DNA of 64,000 nucleotides from Macrostomum lignano (lineage: Eukaryota), in the NCBI GenBank assembly GCA_002269645.1, contig NIVC01001509.1, positions 1 to 64,000 on the forward strand, in the 5' to 3' direction. The position numbers were made by a program, and so were the translations under genes. Below, piece by piece: positions 36,031 through 50,136 of the stretch. The number at the start of each line of letters is the position of its first letter. The stretch's first letter is position 1. The notes under the pieces are model-generated. The model was not told the DNA's origin. It worked only from the letters and a program-made list of their open reading frames with translations, and did no database searches.

Positions 36031-36875
36031 GTCAGTCTCTGAGTTGCCTGGTCAAGAATTGCTGAGTCAGTCTCTGAGTTGCCTGGCCTAGATTGGCTGA
36101 GTCAGTCTCTGAGTGCTTGGCCGAGATTGGCTGAGTCAGTCTCTGAGTAGCCTGGCCTAGATTGGCTGAGTCAGTCTCTGAGTAGCCTGGCCTAGATTGG
36201 CTGAGTCAGTCTCTGAGTAGCCTGGCCTAGATTGGCTGAGTCAGTCTCTGAGTTGCCTGCATGGCCTAGATTGGCTGAGTCAGTCTCTGAGTAGCCTGGC
36301 CTAGATTGGCTGAGTCAGTCTCTGAGTAGCCTGGCCTAGATTGGCTGAGTCAGTCTCAGTTGCCTGGCCTAGATTGGCTGGGTCAGTCTCTGAGTGCCTG
36401 GCCTAGATTGGCTGAGTCAGTCTCTGAGTAGCCTGATCTAGATTGGCTGAGTCAGTCTCTGAGTAGCCTGGCCTAGATTGGCTGAGTCAGTCTCTGAGTA
36501 GCCTGGCCTAGATTGGCTGAGTCAGTCTCAGTTGCCTGGCCTAGATTGGCTGGGTCAGTCTCTGAGTAGACTGGCCTAGATTGGCTGAGTCAGTCTCTGA
36601 GTAGCCTGGCCTAGATTGGCTGGGTCAGTCTCAGTTGCCTGGCCTAGATTGGCTGAGTCAGTCTCTGAGTAGACTGGCCTAGATTGGCTGAGTCAGTCTC
36701 TGAGTAGACTGGCCTAGATTGGCTGAGTCAGTCTCTGAGTAGACTGGCCTAGATTGGCTGAGTCAGTCTCTGAGTAGACTGGCCTAGATTGGCTGAGTCA
36801 GTCTCTGAGTAGACTGGCCTAGATTGGCTGAGTCAGTCTCTGAGTAGCCTGGCCTAGATTGGCTGGGTCAGTCTC
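36010..36875. repeat. ~35-bp minisatellite starting at the ARID2 stop codon (~24 copies)
   Basis: (gattggctgagtcagtctctgagtagcctggccta)n. The first unit overlaps the last codons and the TGA. Confidence 0.93.
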
Positions 36876-39134
36876 TAAAAATCAAGTCTACAGTATAGTA
36901 ATAATTTGCTTTTTTATCCCAGTAAACTTTTTGGCATGCATTACATGGGTTATCAATAAATTCACGCGCGTTCCATCAATGCAAGTCTCTTTCAAGCGGT
37001 CCGCAGGATGTTCCTTGCACTCTCCTGGTCTAAACTATCCGATCCTCTGCCATTGTTGCATTTTTGTATTCTTAATGTTTTCTAAAGTATTGAGCGTGCA
37101 GTGTATGCAAATATCAAATACAATTTGTCAATCAAGCTTTTACAACACAAGAGCTTCATAGCTCGTACTTGCAAACCGATCTAGGAATGTGGATTCTCGA
37201 ATGTAAATTCTTTCCTGGTTAAGTTGTTAACAATACACATCGGTGAATATGAATTCTTGGGTACCATGCCTACTTAGTTAAGTTATTTTCGATACATATC
37301 GGTGAATACCTATTTATTAATATCTACTTGGTCAAGTTGGTAACAATGCATATCAGTGAATATGTATTCTTGGCCTCAATGTCTAATTCGCTAAGGTATT
37401 TTCTATACATATTAGTGAATATATTGTACATGTAGATTCGTAGATATAATGTCTATTAGATAGTTTTCGATACATATCGGGTGAATATAGATTCGTACAT
37501 GTATATGATGCACACTTAGGCTATTTTCGATACATATTTGTGAATTTAGATTCGTAGATATGATGCCTACAAAGTTATTGTCTATACATATCGGTGACTA
37601 CAGATTCGTAGATATGATGTCTACTAAGTTATTGTCTATACATATCGGTGACTACAGATTCGTCGATATACATATGTTCACAAAGTTATTTTCTAAACAT
37701 ATCTTTGAATACTCTACTTATTCTAGTATCTGTGACTTAGTTAAGTTATATTTCGATACATGTCGGCAATCTTCAATTTAAAAGTAATGAAACACAGAAA
37801 GCTCTGAGAGCCCAGTTTTGTATTCACACCCCTTACCCGGGGAGAAGTCAAAAACAAAATCGCTGCAACAAAGCTACACAGATGGCGAAGAAACGCCAAA
37901 CACGCACGCGGCTTTTTAATTTAGTAACGCATTGTACATCTGCAGACAACAGTGCGCACTATTCTGAATACAGAAGGCTCATTGCATACTACTTTTAGTA
38001 GAAAAAATGAGAGAAGGGAAAGCACTTAAAATAGGAAACGATTAATTAGTACAAAAAGCCTAATCCCAACTCCAGTTTGATACGCACACCAATCACCGCT
38101 ATAAATTACCCATATTACCGCTTACTTTTATTGCTTCTTGGTAGAGTGTCCCTGTTTTTGGCGCAAATACAAAAATCGATAACAAATCATGTTAAGATAA
38201 ATAAATGTACCTCAATTATTATCAAAACATGACATATATACTGGTTAATTTTACTGAATGTTTACAAGAACAAGAAGAAATAAATTATTAGTTGCGAAAA
38301 CCCAAACCGAATTTTGCTTTTTTCGATACATATCGGCTCTGAACAGAAAAAATGAACAAATTCGCTTGCGTGCCAAATCTATTAGGATATTATGAATTTA
38401 TATGAACTGTAAAAAGTCTTCTTTCGATACATATCGGCTCATAGTTTCCAGGAATTCTATGCGAGCCAGGTAATATTTTATCCAAAGATCGTCATTTTTC
38501 GAAGATTTTGCACACAAATCCTTGCACCCCAAAGTTCAAATTACACAATCAAATTAAATGAATAAAACACAATGAAAATGTGCTCTATATACTACTCTTA
38601 TTACATAAGCGCAAGTAATGAAATTCTTTGAATATGTGAAACAGTCGGAAATTATCTAAAGATAAATGTGAATTTCATTACTGAGAAAAATAAAGCTAAA
38701 GCAAACTCGTACAACTGAGCCCGTGACAGCAACTGGCACTGAGCCAATAGTAAAAAACCAGGCATGCGCCAGGCGGTTTATGCTCAGATTCTCTGAAAAA
38801 ATCGATCGCAGAATGAATGCACTTTTAATAATGCAAATTATTTTCACAGCAGTTGAATTTTTCATATAATATTAGCAGTTCTGGGTGAAAACTTTTGTTA
38901 ATAAGTGTATGAGAGAGCAGATCGCTTGATAGAGAATATAATTTAATTGCGTGACAAATCCGAATGCAAAAAAGTTGATTTTCTATACATATCGGTTATT
39001 ACTATTGTTAGTAATAAAATAAACAAGATTTATTTGACACATATCGGCTTCGCAAATTAGTTACAGAAGAAGATCCAACTGATTTCCAACCAAAAAACAT
39101 TTCGATACATATTGGACATAAATTCCATTCCGTA

Positions 39135-39470
39135 ATATTCTCGCTACATATCGGACACAGACCCAATTCTATGATATTTTCGATACATATCGGACACAGA
39201 CCCAATTCTATGATATTTTCGATACATACCGGACACAGACCCAATTCTATAATATTTTCGATACATATCGGACACAGACCCAATTCTATGATATTTTCGA
39301 TACATATCGGACACAGACCCAATTCTATGATATTTTCGATACATATCGGACACAGACCCAATTCTATAATATTTTCGCTACATATCGGACACAGACCCAA
39401 TTCTATGATATTTTCGATACATATCGGACACAGACCCAATTCTATGACATTTTCGATACATATCGGCCGT
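39135..39470. repeat. 39-bp minisatellite carrying the CGATACATATCG dyad
   Basis: (acccaattctatgatattttcgatacatatcggacacag)n, about 8-9 copies. Confidence 0.92.
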
Positions 39471-39517
39471 CAGCAATTATGAAGGATTTCCTCGTTAATC
39501 AAACACCGTAATCCCGC

Positions 39518-42500
39518 TTAGCGCAGCTCGGTTCGATTCTCCCTGTACAGCTCGAGTCCGTGATTAACGGCGGCCACGGCTCTCAGCGCTGCCTCGGCGC
39601 TGTCGCAGCGGACCCGGGCTCGAGTCTGCCTATTAGCAATGTTGAATTCCATACAGTCGGCGGCGCCACCGCCACCGCCAGAACCGCCGCCAGCTCCGTC
39701 CGCCAGCTCGTGCGGTCGGCAATAAATAATGTCCGAATAGCGGGCCTGCATTAGCACGCTGTCCTGGCTGGGCCGCTCCTTGTACTTGAGCAGGTAGACT
39801 CCCTTGTCCGAGATGATGATCCAAACGGCGGCCGAGTTGCTGGCCCGGATCGGCATGCTGGTGAGGTAGCGCTCGGCCAGGTTGCAGTTGTTCAGCTTGT
39901 ACAGCACTGTCTGCCAGTAGGCGTCCTCCGAGTTGTACTGCTTCAACATCCGGTCAAGGCCGGCTGGGCAGCGCGGCCGACGTCGCGGTTCGACGCCGTG
40001 CCGTTCGCCGGCGCCGCCAGTTTTGTCGCGGATGCTGGAGGACATCTCCGAGGCGAAATCGAGCACGCCAGCCACGGGCTTGGTGACGGTGCCGATCAGG
40101 CCTTTGCCGACGCCGAATACGAAGCCCTGCGGCGCAGTGGATGTGGACAGGGCCAGTTTAAAATTGGCTGATTGTTGGCATTGAGAATGGAGAAGGTTGT
40201 GGTCGAGCGGTCTAGCGGGTCGCTTTATTGATCAAAAGGTCGCGGGTTCGAAACTGGGAATCAAACTTTGTTATAATCTTTACAATCGATACAGTAACGA
40301 CAGTTCGAAATTTGATATCTGGCACTGTAGATTGGAAATTTGTCTAGCAAGGTCACAGGTTCGAATCCCGATAGCTCAACCCAGATAAAATTGAGATTGA
40401 ATTTACAGAAACTAACGCAATATGACTTATTTATATTCTTGTAGCCGAGCGGTCTGTTAGTTTAGTAGCGGTTCTTAAGGTCGCAGGTTCGAACCCCCGA
40501 ATAGAATTTAGAATATAAAGTAATAAAAAAGCAAGGTCATAGGTTCGAATCCTAGGCACGTTGAATTTAAAACGATTGTTTAAATTAAGGAAAGAAAGAG
40601 TTGCAGCAATCAAAAAAGCATGACAACAGCAATGTACGTGCCGTACAGTTTTCTCAACAGTCACTTGGACCTCTTCTCTCCCTTTCTGAGTCAAAGCTGG
40701 CCTGCTCACCTCTGCAGATAGACTTGGCAGAGCGCAAGACCTAACCTACTCTACCTTGCGCATATATTGAAGAAGAGAGAAAGGAAATTTGAGTCGTGGG
40801 GGGCAGGACAGGGAGAGAGAGGGAGAGAGAGCTCTGTACATTCATGGTGTACTCGCTATCCCTGCCTTTGCATTTACTCTCATTATCTAGCAAAGCTCAG
40901 GCCTTCACCTCATACCCGCCCCGTACATGATCGCCCTCTCCCCAACTCCTTAAAAAACCCCCACCGCTGAAAACGAACGCGGAAGCGAGAAGCGCTAAAC
41001 ACAGCAGACATTTTACTAAACCAGTTTTCATTTCGCTGATAATAATAGCATGATTATTAAATCAATTATAATACTAATAGTTCTGCTGCAAAGCCAGCAA
41101 GCAGTGGGCCAGATGAACACCTGCCTGAAACCAAGCGGCTGCTCCAGCGACGAGTGCTGCTTTAATATTGTGCCAAAAACTGGCGAAATCTGCCATCCCA
41201 TAATGCCCTGCTACGAGCCCTTCTCCAAGGACTGCTGCCTCAACACTCGGGTTGCTTTCACAACCAAAGGCAAGATGTACGGCTACGCCATCATACTAGA
41301 CGATCCATACTCTTACCGAGACAAGGGCAAACGGTTCCTGCAGATCTGGCTGGGCTTGCCGTACGCTAAGCCGCCCACCAGAGGCAATAATCTGCGATTT
41401 ATGGAGCCCATGCAGCCAGATTATGTGGATAAATGGGATGCCACTTACTACAGGTGAGCTTCATTTTGACAGCTCTGCTATTATTGCTAAGGGTTAACGG
41501 GATTGCTGGGATAATAGGGCTCATGGGGAATTAATCAGATCTGTCAGAGCTCACGGGGAGTTGATCAGATCTGTCAGGGCTCATGGGGAATTAATCAGAT
41601 CTGTCAGGGCTCACGGGGAATTGCTGGGATAATAGGGCTCATGGGGAATTAATCAGATCTGTCAGAGCTCACGGGGAGTTGATCAGATCTGTCAGGGCTC
41701 ATGGGGAATTAATCAGATCTGTCAGGGCTCATGGGGAATTGCTGGGATAATAGGGCTCATGGGGAATTAATCAGATCTGTCAGGGCTCATGGGGAATTGC
41801 TGGGATAATAGGGCTCATGGGGAATTAATCAGATCTGTCAGGGCTCACGGGGAATTGCTGGGATAATAGGGCTCATGGGGAATTAATCAGATCTGTCAGG
41901 GCTCATGGGGAATTAATCAGATCTGTCAGGGCTCACGGGGAATTGCTGGGATAATAGGGCTCATGGGGAATTAATCAGATCTGTCAGGGCTCATGGGGAA
42001 TTGTTCAGATCTGTCAGGGCTCATGGGGAATTGCTGGGATAATAGGGCTCATGGGGAATTAATCAGATCTGTCAGGGCTCATGGGGAATTGCTGGGATAA
42101 TAGGGCTCATGGGGAATTAATCAGATCTGTCAGGGCTCATGGGGAATTGCTGGGATATAGGGCTCATGGGGAATTAATCAGATCTGTCAGGGCTCATGGG
42201 GAATTGTGGGGAGCATGGCCCTAGTAGCTGACAACATGCGACGCAGTGATTGACTCGCTCCTATTTGTTGTCAAGGCCATCGTGTCCTCAACCGCTGGAC
42301 CGGCTGCAGGGCCTGACCAACCCCGTAGCTGACGAGGACTGCCTCTATCTAAACATATTCGTGACCAACACAACGCTAGACGAGGCCAAATCGAATGTCT
42401 ACCCGATTCTGGTGTTCATCCACGGCGGCGAGCACACCTACGGATCAGCGCAGTTCACGCCCGGTCACGTGCTTGCTCAGACCAACATCATGGTAGTCAC

Positions 42501-45500
42501 TGTGCAGTACCGGCTGAATGCGTTCGGATACTTGAGACTGGAGGGTAGCGAGGCTACGGGAAATTATGGCCTTATGGATCAGGTATGACTGGATAATTTT
42601 AACGAAGCCTAAATTGTCATTGGCAGTTCCTAAGCCTAGATGTTATTTTCTAAGTCTAGATGCCATTTCCTAAGCCTATATGCCATTTCCTAAGCCTAGA
42701 TGCCATTTTCTAAGCCTAGATGCCATTTCCTAAGCCTAGATGTCATTTTCTAAGTCTAGATGCCATTTCCTAAGCCTAGATGCCATTTTCTAAGCCTAGA
42801 TGCCATTTTCTAAGCCTAGATGCCATTTCCTAAGCCTAGATGCCATTTTCTAAGCCTAGATGCCATTTCCTAAGCCTAGATGCCATTTTCTAAGTCTAGA
42901 TGCCATTTCCTAAGCCTAGATGCCATTTCCTAAGCCTAGATGCCATTTCCTAAGCCTAGATACCTTAACTATCGTTTAAATAGATTCTTACAAAACTGTT
43001 TATCAATAATAAAAAGGTAGAGAAGTTTCAGACTCTAAGAGAACATACAATCCGGTCCCCACCCACAGGTGCAAGCGCTCCGCTATCTACAACAGGAGGC
43101 TGAAAAATTCCGCGGCGATCGAACCCGGGTCACCCTGATGGGCCACGGCTCCGGCGCCGGGGACGTCGCGCTGCACAGCATGTCGCCGCTGAGCGGCATG
43201 TACGCCGAGCCGCTGTTCCACCGGGCCATCTGGCTGTCCGGCAGCGATCTCATGTGGGGCGGCTTCACTATCTATCCGGGGGAGTCGCAGCGGTACGCGC
43301 TGGAATTGGCGGTTAAAACTGCGTGCACCAATCAGGAGCCGGGCGAGATGCTCAGCTGTCTGAGGCAGCGAACCCACGCGGAGCTGGCCGGGGCGGCTAG
43401 CGATAGCCAGGTGCACGAGCGGTCTTGGCTAGGCAAGCCGTGGAGTCCGACTGTGGACGGTGAGGCTGTTGAAGAACTATAATGTATCCCACTTTGCCTG
43501 TACGCTTTGTCTATGTCGCTAGTGCTTTGCTAGCGGAGATTCTCACTAAGTAACCTCCGCTGCCATAGACAATAAAATTAACGCCGCGAGCCAGAGTGAG
43601 GTTGATTGAACACTTTCTTCTACCATAGACAAAACGTGTCCCGCGCGAATACAGGGAGCGGAGAATACTCATAATCTCCGCGAATGTCTATGGCAAATCT
43701 CCTCGGCTTCGCATATTCGCATACTCGCAGATTCTGCATAAACATTCTCGTTCTCGTTTCAGTAGGTTATTATACATATACTACTTACTCAGTAGCTTAG
43801 GGGTGCACAGCGGCCCTGACTTTCTCAATGGCAGGCCAAGGACTACTTAAGTAAAAGGACGAGAAACCTCGTTTCTTAGAAAATGTTAGGAGGCAGGATT
43901 TTCCGAAAAATACACTACAAATTGTTATTGCTTTCGATAGGAGGCAGATCCAGTGTTTATCTTTTGATATGCTGTGACTTTCTTATAGCTCTATTAATAT
44001 TCATAAAGCTTTTCGTTGAAAAACTAGGATTCAGGTGATAAAATAGATTCATAAAACCAATGAATCGAGCCGTGCCATGCATTTTTATGATTTTTAGGTA
44101 CAGGGAATGTACGTAGAATAAAAAATTAACATAGAATCCTAATTTTCTAAACGGAAAGCTCTATGAAAGGTTTCCAGTCTTTCTATTGTACTTGAGTAGT
44201 CCTTGTGCCAGGCATGCTCACTCTCTGTGCATTAGCGATTGGCCCTCACGGATGGTGTGAATCGCACTACAAGGCCCGAACTCTCTTCTCTCTGAACTCA
44301 TCGAATATTACTCATCCCCATTGCTCAGGCAAATTCATTCTGGACACGCCGGAGAATCTCCGCAGTCAGGGCCGATTTGCTCAGACTCGCGTCATCGGCG
44401 GCATCACCTGGGACGACGGCGCCCAGTTCACTACCGACCTGCCAGGCGTGGTGGAGAACGCCAGCCTGTCAGCTGCGCTATTCAAAGAGCGAATCATGAA
44501 CATCTCTCTGGCCGTGTTTCCCCACGACGAGCACGCCATTGCTAAAGCTATCGAGTTTGAGTACACGGACTGGGCAGCCACAGACAATAACACTGCTCGG
44601 CTGCAGATGCTGCGAGATCTCTACTCGGATAGGTGAGAATCGTTCTCATTCTTTTTGAAGGCCGATTGAATCGCTCTCAATTTTATTTAAGGCCGATCGA
44701 ATCACTCTCATTTTTTGAAGGCCGATTGAATCACTCTCATTTTTTGAAGGCCGATTGAATCACTCTCATTTTTTGAAGGCCCATTGAATCACTCTCATTT
44801 TTTGAAGGCCCATTGAATCACTCTCATTTTTTGAAGGCCCATTGAATCACTCTCATTTTTTGAAGGCCCATTGAATCACTCTCATTTTTTGAAGGCCCAT
44901 TGAATCACTCTCACATTTTTGAAGGCCGATTGAATCACTCTCACATTTTTGAAGGCCGATTGAACTGCTTTTATTTTTTGAAGGCCGATTGAATCGCTCA
45001 ATTTATTGAAGGCCCATTGAATCACTCACTTTTTGTAGGCTGATTGAATGGCTTTCACATTTTTGAAGGCCGATGCATTATTGCTGATTGATAACAATGA
45101 TTTCTAATGTTTCTGATTAACATTTTTAACAAATCTGCAGGTACTACGGCAGCGGCCTGATCCGCAGCCTGCGCTTCCACGCCGACAAGCGGCCGCTGAA
45201 GAACTTCACCCAGATGTACGTGTTCAAGTACCGGAGCCGAAACGATCCAAAAACTCGCTACATGGGCGCCTATCACGGCAGCGACCTGCAGTACATCTTC
45301 GGGCTGCCCTACCTGAATGCCTCCAACTGGACTAACCTGGGCATTCAGCGACCGAATTTTGGTTACGCCGATCTAGACATGAACATGACCGACTACATGA
45401 TGTACTTTATCAGCAATTTCGTCATTCACGGCAACGCTACGCCACAATTAGTTAGAAATTTCACCTGGGACTCGTTTCGTTGGAATAATCGAACTTATTT

Positions 45501-48500
45501 CCAGCTCAATATACAGGACAACTTCGAGAACGATTTCAATCTGTATCAGGACTATCGCACCTATCACTACGCGTTTTGGAATAACTTCTTCCCCGATCTA
45601 GTTGTGCGGCCAGCCAGGATGACTACAATTATGCCTACGCCTGCTTACCTGGCCCAGTACAAGACCAGCATGTTCGCGCTTGGCGGCATATTAGCAACTA
45701 TAGTGGTGCTAATAGCCGGGCTGTCAATCGTGCTTTGCCGGCTAATGCGTACGCGTCAGACTACGTAGCTTTAACCCTACAGTGCTTTTCATTGTCAATT
45801 TCGTTTTTCTACGTTTTATTATTAACACACACTACTACCGATAGCCTACTGTTAGTAGCGCATATTGCGTTTAAGTTTTGACTTTTGATATTCTAAGTTA
45901 AAAAAGTGCCGAAGTTAATATTTAAGAACAGCAAATCAACCTATTTGCATTCCTTTTTATGCTTGTATTAATTAACTTAATTGTTTGTTCGGACTCTTAA
46001 AAATAATTTTTATGCTGAGAAACGCATGCGAATTCCATTCCGATGTAAATATATGATACCAATACCCTGGCGTTTTTGCAATACTATATAATAACATTTT
46101 AGTGTAACACAACGGTGTCTGTAGCCTTCAGGCTGCTAAGTGCTTGGTTAAACATGTTAAATCATTCCACGAAAATTTATGCAACTTTTAAAGTGAATAT
46201 TTAAGTTTCGTGTAAAAATCCCAAGACTAATTAAATGCTCATTGCTATGCTACCAAATGCTTTATCAAGCTAAATGGCTATGCTTTGATTGACAAATAAA
46301 TTTACCTGCTTGCATTGACAGATCCAAGTATGGCTTACATAAATATAAAAGACATCATTTTGCTAATATTTTTGCTAATATTTATAATTCAGTGGCGAAA
46401 GTAGGTTGGTTTATGCATTCAACACTACATATCGGCTATTTTTAAAAACCATAATTTTCATTCGATTTCGTTTTTAATTTTTTTGTTCCAAAAAATGTAA
46501 TAGATTAAAATATTTTAATAAAATTCTTCAATAATAATTGCTGAAATCGAGTAACCAAAAGTGTAAAAAAATCCACTCACAAAAAAATTGTGCCCCGTGT
46601 GAGGATCGAACTCACGACCTTCAGATTATGAGACTGACGCGCTACCTACTGCGCTAACGAGGCAGCTGCTGGTAGAGCAGTTGCCTAAGTATTTATAGTT
46701 CCGTCTCTGGGTCTGGGCTGGAACCCCATGAATGGAGAGAGGGGGGAGTGGATAGAGAAAATCAATTCTAAGGACACAAGCCCTCTAAGGTCAGAGCTCT
46801 TATGTGTTTGTGCGTGCGTGCACAGGATAGAAAAAGGAAGGGGAGACTAAAAAAAGGAAGCAAAGGAAGGGATGCAGCATGTGCAGTGGCAGTGCCACTC
46901 TCTATATTATATCTCTACCATCCATGATTCTATAATAGTAGATTAGCAAACAGCACAAGTGGCTGTGGGTGGGTTTTAGAATCACGTGATTCTTTAAACA
47001 TCAAAAATTAGTGTACAATATAATACACACACAGATTTGCGAGCAGATTCTAATTGGTTGGTTCCACCCGCGCCGCCGCCGGGCCCCCTTCCCCCTTACC
47101 TCGAGGCCGCGCTCGGAGGCGCCATAGTAAGGCTGAGTTATTATGGAGGTGATGCCGCCAATGATGCCGTGCCCAAACCCCTTGACCCCGGCTGACCAGT
47201 GGCCCCGAAGGGTGCCGGATTTTGAAGCGTCTTCTCGCAGTTTGCCCCTCTTGGCCAGGTGCCTCTCGTCCATATTGAGTATGGTGAGGCCGTCAGAGAT
47301 GCTGCCCGTCACCTGAGCGAGTGGGATCGATTTGGTATTGATTTGGCTCCCAACTCTGACAGCTCTGACAACTCTGACAGCTCTGACAACTCTTAGAACC
47401 CGAAACTCTGAGAACCCGAAACCCAGAAAACCCAAAACTGTGAGAACCCGAAACTCTGGAGAACCCGAAACTCTGATAACCCAAAACTCTAAGAACCCGA
47501 AATTCTAAGAACCAGAAACTCTGAAAACCCAAAACTGTGAGAACCCGAAACTCTAAAAACCCGAAACTCTAAGAACCAGAAACTCTGAAAACCCAAAACT
47601 GTGAGAACCCGAAACTCTGATAACCCGAAACTCTAAGAACCAGAAACTCTGAAAACCCAAAACTGTGAGAACCCGAAACTCTGATAACCCGAAACTCTAA
47701 GAACCAGAAACTCTGAAAACCCAAAACTGTGAGAACCCGAAACTCTGAGAACCCGAAACCCAGAAAACCCAAAACTGTGAGAACCCGAAACTCTGGAGAA
47801 CCCGAAACTCTGATAACCCAAAACTCTAAGAACCCGAAATTCTAAGAACCAGAAACTCTGAAAACCCAAAACTGTGAGAACCCGAAACTCTAAAAACCCG
47901 AAACTCTAAGAACCAGAAACTCTGAAAACCCAAAACTGTGAGAACCCGAAACTCTGATAACCCGAAACTCTAAGAACCAGAAACTCTGAAAACCCAAAAC
48001 TGTGAGAACCCGAAACTCTGAGAACCCGAAACTCTGAGAACTCGAAACTCAGAGAACCCAAAACCCAGAAAACCCGAAACTCAGAGAACCCGAAACTCAG
48101 AGAACCCGAAACTTAGAAAACCCGAAACTTAGAAAACCCGAAACTCAGAAAACCCGAAACTCAGAGAACCCGAAACTCAGAGAACCCGAAACTGTGAGAA
48201 CCCGAAACTCAGAGAACCCGAAACTCAGAGAACCCGAAACTCAGAGAACCCGAAACTCAGAGAACCCGAAACTTAGAAAAACCGAAACTCAGAGAACCCG
48301 AAACTCAGAGAACCCGAAACTCAGAGAACCTGAAACTCAGAGAACCCGGAACTCAGAGAACCCGGAACTCAGAGAACCCGAAACTCAGAGAACCCGAAAC
48401 TTAGAAAAACCGAAACTCAGAGAACCCGAAACTCAGAGAACCCGAAACTCAGAGAACCTGAAACTCAGAGAACCCGGAACTCAGAGAACCCGGAACTCAG

Positions 48501-50102
48501 AGAACCCGAAACTCAGAGAACCCGAAACTCAGAGAACCCGAAACTCTGTTAACCAAAGACTTTAGGATTGCATTAAAATCAGTACTGATTTAGTCACCTT
48601 AGCTGTAGAATTGGAAATGCCGTGAAACACGCCCTTAACCAAGCCCTTGACATTTCCATCGCGAATCAGTCCCGTGATGCCCTCGGACAGGTCTGTGAAC
48701 AGGCCGATGGGATTGCCGAGAAAGTCCACAGATCCCAGGATCATGACGGCGTGAGACCGCAGCTCGTGCGAATAGTGCAGCAGGGCTTCGCGCAGCAGCA
48801 TATTAGCCGTCTCGAACAGGTGCTCCCGCCTGAATACCGCCAGCTCAACTCGGGCATCCTCGAATCCGATGAGATGCCGCGCGTTCAGAGCCTCCTTGAC
48901 TTGGCGGAGCTCAGGCGGCAGCTCGGACGATGGCCGATAGACGGAGAGCGAGATGCGGCCGGCCTCAACCTGTAGCGAGCCGAAATAGTAGCGGCGACTG
49001 CGAGCGCAGGCCTCCGCAACCTCCGCTACGGTTCTGGGGTGCGCGTAGGGGTGATGGGAGAATGGGAGACACGTGTTGCGGTTCAAGCATTTGTATAAAA
49101 TAAGGTTGCACTAATATATTTAATTTCTGAGAAACTACTGTAGTTCTCAGTTGTTTCCGACAAACTCCAAAAGTTTCCGACAGTTTCCGACAAACTCCAA
49201 AAGTTTCCGACAGTTTCCGACAAACTCCGACAGTTTGCGACAGACTCCGACAGTTTCCGACAAACTCCGACAGTTTCCGACAGTTTGCAACAGACAGTTT
49301 GCGAAAGACTCCGATAGTTTGCGACAAACTTCGACAGTTTCTGACAGTTTGCGACAACTCCGATAGTTTCCGACAAACTCCGACAGTTTCCGACAAACTC
49401 CGACAGTTTCCGACAGTTTGCTACAAACTCCGACAGTTTGCGATAGTTTACGACATACTTCAACAGTTTCCGACAGTTTGCGACCGACTCCGACAGTTTC
49501 GGACAGTTTGCGACAAACTCCGACAGTTTGCGATAGACTCCGACAGTTTCCGACAATTTGCAACAAACTCCGACAGTTTGCAACAAACTCCAACAGTTTG
49601 CGATAGACTCCGACAGTTTCCGACAATTTGCGACAAACTCCGACAGTTTGCAACAAACTCGGACAGTTTGCGACAATTTTCTACAGTGTCCGACAGTTTT
49701 CGACAGTTTCCGACAGTTTCCGACAAACTCCGACAGTTTCCGACAATTTTCTACAGTGTCCGACAGTTTTCGACAGTTTCCGACAAACTCGGACAGTTTC
49801 CGACAAACTCCCTATAGTTTCCGACAAATGTTCATGGGTTCCCGACTTCCCAAAAGACTCTGTTTAGTTTCACTCACCGCTGCTGCTCCGTGAAGTCCAG
49901 CTCCTCCAGTTCAGAGTCCAGCTGCTGCTCCAGCTGGTGCAGCCCAAAGAACAACGCCACCTTCCAGACTAGGCGCTCCTCTAGACAGAGCGACAATCGG
50001 CCAATTCGAGCGTGGCAGTACTGGAACACTTCGGCATTCCAACGCGGGCACAGGTCGCGTATCCAAGACAGGGTTAGCACCGGCTGCGGCAGAGGCGGCG
50101 GC

Positions 50103-50136
<34 letters not shown>

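Noticed and set aside
43555-43700. 11-bp inverted repeat tgccatagaca...tgtctatggca (possible MITE)
   Set aside because: No target-site duplication found, and a second internal catagaca makes the boundaries ambiguous.
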